A DNA stretch of 64,000 nucleotides from Escherichia phage vB_Eco_F27, in sequence record OP870146.1. One strand, written 5' to 3'. Within the stretch, counting starts at the first letter, position 1. Each line of letters opens with the position of its first letter. A program made the position numbers and the translations under genes. The notes under the pieces were generated by a model. That model was given only the letters and a program-made list of their open reading frames with translations. It searched no databases and had not been told where the DNA came from. Of this stretch, positions 60,855 to 64,000 are shown one piece after another.

Positions 60855-62434
60855 GTAATAACAATACATACCAACACGTTTCAAACGAATCCATTTACGT
60901 TGAATTCGACCCTACGGGGTCGAATTTTCCAGATACAGTCACTAATGTCCAAGCCGCATTAGCTGCTATTTCTCCTTCAGGTGTTAATGGCGTACCAGAA
61001 GCAACAACTACCACACCTGGAATTATTCAAATAGCTACTCCACAAGAAGTTATTGATGGATTAGATAATAGTAAAGCTGTTACTCCGGCAACACTGAATG
61101 CTCGTCTACAATATCCTAATGCAACCGAAACTCAATATGGCTTAACTCGTTATGCTACTGAAGATGAAGCAGTAACAGGAACTATTGACGATGCATCAAT
61201 TACTCCGCTTAAATTGAATCAAAAAATAGACGATGTATTTCAGACAAAAGTGTCAACAGAAGCAACAAATGGTGTAATTAAAATTTCAACTTCTGCTGCG
61301 GCATTAGCTGGTTCTGATGATACAACGGCAATGACCCCGTTAAAAACACAACAATTAGCAATTAAACTTATTTCACAAATTGCTCCAAATAATAGTGACG
61401 CCACCGAATCTATTACCGGTGTTGTTCGTTTAGCTACAGTTGCACAAGCACAACAAGGCACCCTGCGTGAAGGCTATGCAATTTCACCTTATACCTTTAT
61501 GAATTCAGTAGCATCAGAAACTAATAAAGGTGTCGTTAAACTAGGGACCCAGACTGAAGTAAATAGTAACAACTCTTCAGTTGTAGTGACCGGCGCAACA
61601 TTAAACGGGCGTGGGGCTACAACTTCTTTACGTGGAGTTGTTCGTTTAACTACACAAGCGGGTAACCAATCAGGTGGTGATGGTTCTTCTGCCCTTGCTT
61701 GGAATGCTGATGTTATCCACCAACGAGGCGGACAAACTATTAATGGCACGCTTCGCGTTAATAATACGTTGACGGTTGGTTCTGGCGGTGCTAATATAAC
61801 GGGTAATGTCAATATGACTGGTGGTTATATTCAAGGCAATCGTATTGTGACTCAAAACGAATTAGACCGAATTCTTCCAGTTGGCGCTATTACAATGTGG
61901 GCTGCAGATAGTTTACCAAGTTCTGATTGGCGCTTCTGCCACGGTGGGACCGTTTCTGCTTCAGAATGTCCGGTATATGCTTCCAGAATTGGGACACGAT
62001 ATGGTGGTAGTTCTTCTAACCCAGGCTTGCCTGATATGCGTGGATTATTTGTTCGCGGCTCAGGTCGTGGTAACCATTTAACTAACCCTAATGTTAATGG
62101 TAATGACCAATTCGGTAAGCCTCGACTGGCAGTAGGTTGTACTGGTGGATATGTCGGTGAAGTGCAAAAACAACAGATGTCGTATCATAAGCATGCTGGT
62201 GGTTTTGGCGAACATGACGATTCCGGTGCATTTGGTAATACTCGTCGTTCAAACTTTGTTGGTACTCGTAAAGGACTTGACTGGGATAACCGTTCATATT
62301 TTACTAACGAAGGATATGAAATTGATCCAGCGTCTCAGCGTAACTCTAAATATACCATGAATCGTCCAGAATTAATTGGAAATGAAACTCGTCCATGGAA
62401 TATTTCTTTAAACTATATCATTAAGGTAAAATAA
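60851..62434 (+). CDS. 12: short tail fibre protein gp12
   Basis: 527 aa [30 protein letters not shown]... Confidence 0.92.
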   Translation: MSNNNTYQHVSNESIYVEFDPTGSNFPDTVTNVQAALAAISPSGVNGVPEATTTTPGIIQIATPQEVIDGLDNSKAVTPATLNARLQYPNATETQYGLTRYATEDEAVTGTIDDASITPLKLNQKIDDVFQTKVSTEATNGVIKISTSAAALAGSDDTTAMTPLKTQQLAIKLISQIAPNNSDATESITGVVRLATVAQAQQGTLREGYAISPYTFMNSVASETNKGVVKLGTQTEVNSNNSSVVVTGATLNGRGATTSLRGVVRLTTQAGNQSGGDGSSALAWNADVIHQRGGQTINGTLRVNNTLTVGSGGANITGNVNMTGGYIQGNRIVTQNELDRILPVGAITMWAADSLPSSDWRFCHGGTVSASECPVYASRIGTRYGGSSSNPGLPDMRGLFVRGSGRGNHLTNPNVNGNDQFGKPRLAVGCTGGYVGEVQKQQMSYHKHAGGFGEHDDSGAFGNTRRSNFVGTRKGLDWDNRSYFTNEGYEIDPASQRNSKYTMNRPELIGNETRPWNISLNYIIKVK

Positions 62435-63882
62435 TGGCTGATATAACTCTGGTAGATTTACCATATGTTGACGGCCCGCCAGACGCGGGTCAGAGTCGTA
62501 TTGAATGGATTAAAAACGATGAAGAAATAACAGGTGCTGACACAAAATACGGTTCTGAAGGTGTAATGAACCGTCCTATTGTTGAAGTTCAACGTAACGT
62601 AGAAGCGTTAGATGTTAATATTAAAACTATAGCATCTTCTTTGAATACGGCCAATGAAGATATCAAAGTTATTCAAGGTATTTTAGATGTTTCTGGGGAT
62701 GTTGATGCTCTTGCACAGATAGGCCAGAACACCCAAGATATCGATGTCATTAAAGTCACAGTTCAAACCCATGCCAGTGAATTGAATGATTTGAATGAAC
62801 ATATTGATGCGAATACTGATGATATTGGTGTTTATAATCAGGAAACAGATTCAGTTTATAGAACGGTTCGTAACGACCTGCTTTGGATTAAAAATGAATT
62901 AGGACAATATACTGGTCAAGATATTAATGGGGTTCCTACTCCAGGAAATGATAGCACTGGTATGAAACGCCGTATTATGTCTAATAGCTCCGTAATTGTT
63001 GACCATGGTGTTCGATTAACTGATTTAGAAACTAAATTTGCTGATTCTGATGTTGGCTCTTTAACTACTGAAGTCGAACACTTGCGTGAAGAAATGGGAC
63101 CTCGCACTTCTTTCACTACTCCAGTGTTTAGTCGTCTTTCTAGTATTGATTTAACTTTGTCGCGTCAAAATGCTGACTTGGATGGCATTAAACAGTCTAT
63201 TGGGTATCCTAATATGACTTCTATTATTACTACCACTAATGCAAATAGTTCAGCAATAAATGACATTAATCTTGAGCTCAATCAATCCGGTGGTATTAAA
63301 CCTCGTTTGACTACAGTAGAAACTGCCATTGGCGCCGATGATTTGCCTACTACAATCCAAGGACGTATTAAACTAAATACTGATGCTATCGGAGCATTGA
63401 ACACTGTTGTCGGCTCTGATTCTTCTTCAGGATTGCGTTTTAATGTGTCATGGTTAAATAACGTAGTTGGTGTTGACGCTTCAGGTGGGAAACCGGAACC
63501 AGACGGCTCTTTGCTTTATCGTACTCGAGAGCTTGAAGGAACTATCAGTGGGATGAGTAATGACATCCAGAACATTCAAACTGATGTTGGGACTAATTCC
63601 ACAGGAATTAAGGGTTCTGTAAACACATTAAATACTCTTATAAACGGCACCCACCCAAATGGTTCGACTGTTGAAGAACGCGGTATATTGCCTACAGTTA
63701 AAAGTCATGATACGACAATTAATGGTTTAACTTCTAGAATTGCTACTCTTGAAACTGATTTGGCCGCTGCAGAAGCTGAAATCCAAACTCTTAAGGACGC
63801 TGGATATATTGAAGATGCTCCTTCAGACGGTAAATTCTATGTTCGCAAAGATGGTGCATGGGTTGAACTTCCTACAGCTTAA
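62434..63882 (+). CDS. wac: fibritin (whisker) Wac
   Basis: 482 aa coiled-coil protein with C-terminal foldon-like GYIEDAPSDGKFYVRKDGAWVELPTA. Confidence 0.92.
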   Translation: MADITLVDLPYVDGPPDAGQSRIEWIKNDEEITGADTKYGSEGVMNRPIVEVQRNVEALDVNIKTIASSLNTANEDIKVIQGILDVSGDVDALAQIGQNTQDIDVIKVTVQTHASELNDLNEHIDANTDDIGVYNQETDSVYRTVRNDLLWIKNELGQYTGQDINGVPTPGNDSTGMKRRIMSNSSVIVDHGVRLTDLETKFADSDVGSLTTEVEHLREEMGPRTSFTTPVFSRLSSIDLTLSRQNADLDGIKQSIGYPNMTSIITTTNANSSAINDINLELNQSGGIKPRLTTVETAIGADDLPTTIQGRIKLNTDAIGALNTVVGSDSSSGLRFNVSWLNNVVGVDASGGKPEPDGSLLYRTRELEGTISGMSNDIQNIQTDVGTNSTGIKGSVNTLNTLINGTHPNGSTVEERGILPTVKSHDTTINGLTSRIATLETDLAAAEAEIQTLKDAGYIEDAPSDGKFYVRKDGAWVELPTA

Positions 63883-63888
63883 TGAAAA

Positions 63889-63902
63889 GGGCCTTCGGGC
63901 CC
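63889..63902 (+). promoter_or_regulatory. GGGCC-TTCG-GGCCC stem-loop between wac and gene 13
   Basis: Perfect inverted repeat with UUCG loop; no U-run follows. Confidence 0.5.
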
Positions 63903-63905
63903 TAA

Positions 63906-64000
<95 letters not shown>

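Noticed and set aside
49641-62297. Minus-strand ORFs inside the plus-strand baseplate and tail genes (for example 50086..50406, 52814..53080, 61240..61812)
   Set aside because: Antisense to strongly conserved late structural genes; no independent start signals.

Overview
This window reads as a T4-like (T-even, Tequatrovirus-type) myovirus genome segment, identified from protein-level recognition of the six-frame translations and motif reading only; no database search was run. Positions 1-48186 are transcribed on the minus strand: the 5' part of DNA polymerase gene 43, regA, clamp loader 62/44, clamp 45, rpbA, recombination nuclease 46/47, late sigma factor 55, the anaerobic nrdH/nrdG/nrdD cluster with nrdD split by a group I intron carrying I-TevII, endonuclease VII, nrdC, a long run of small early genes, rI, tk, regB, lysozyme e, nudE, a two-tRNA cluster, 57B/57A and genes 1, 3, 2, 4. 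Positions 48248-64000 are plus-strand late genes: baseplate 53, 5, 5.1, 5.4, 6, 7, 8, 9, 10, 11, short tail fibre 12, fibritin wac and the start of 13. The points most worth follow-up are a decayed denV remnant flanked by capsid-targeting-sequence (internal protein-like) genes, six such genes at three loci, no alpha-glucosyltransferase-sized gene between 47 and 55, anti-CBASS gene Acb1 (57B) with a positional Acb2 (vs.4) candidate, a macro-domain protein, two Pol-beta-type nucleotidyltransferase-like proteins, a tandem paralog triplet ending in WVSSSxxC, and an accessory block between nudE and the tRNAs. I could not establish from sequence alone that any of these is previously undescribed.
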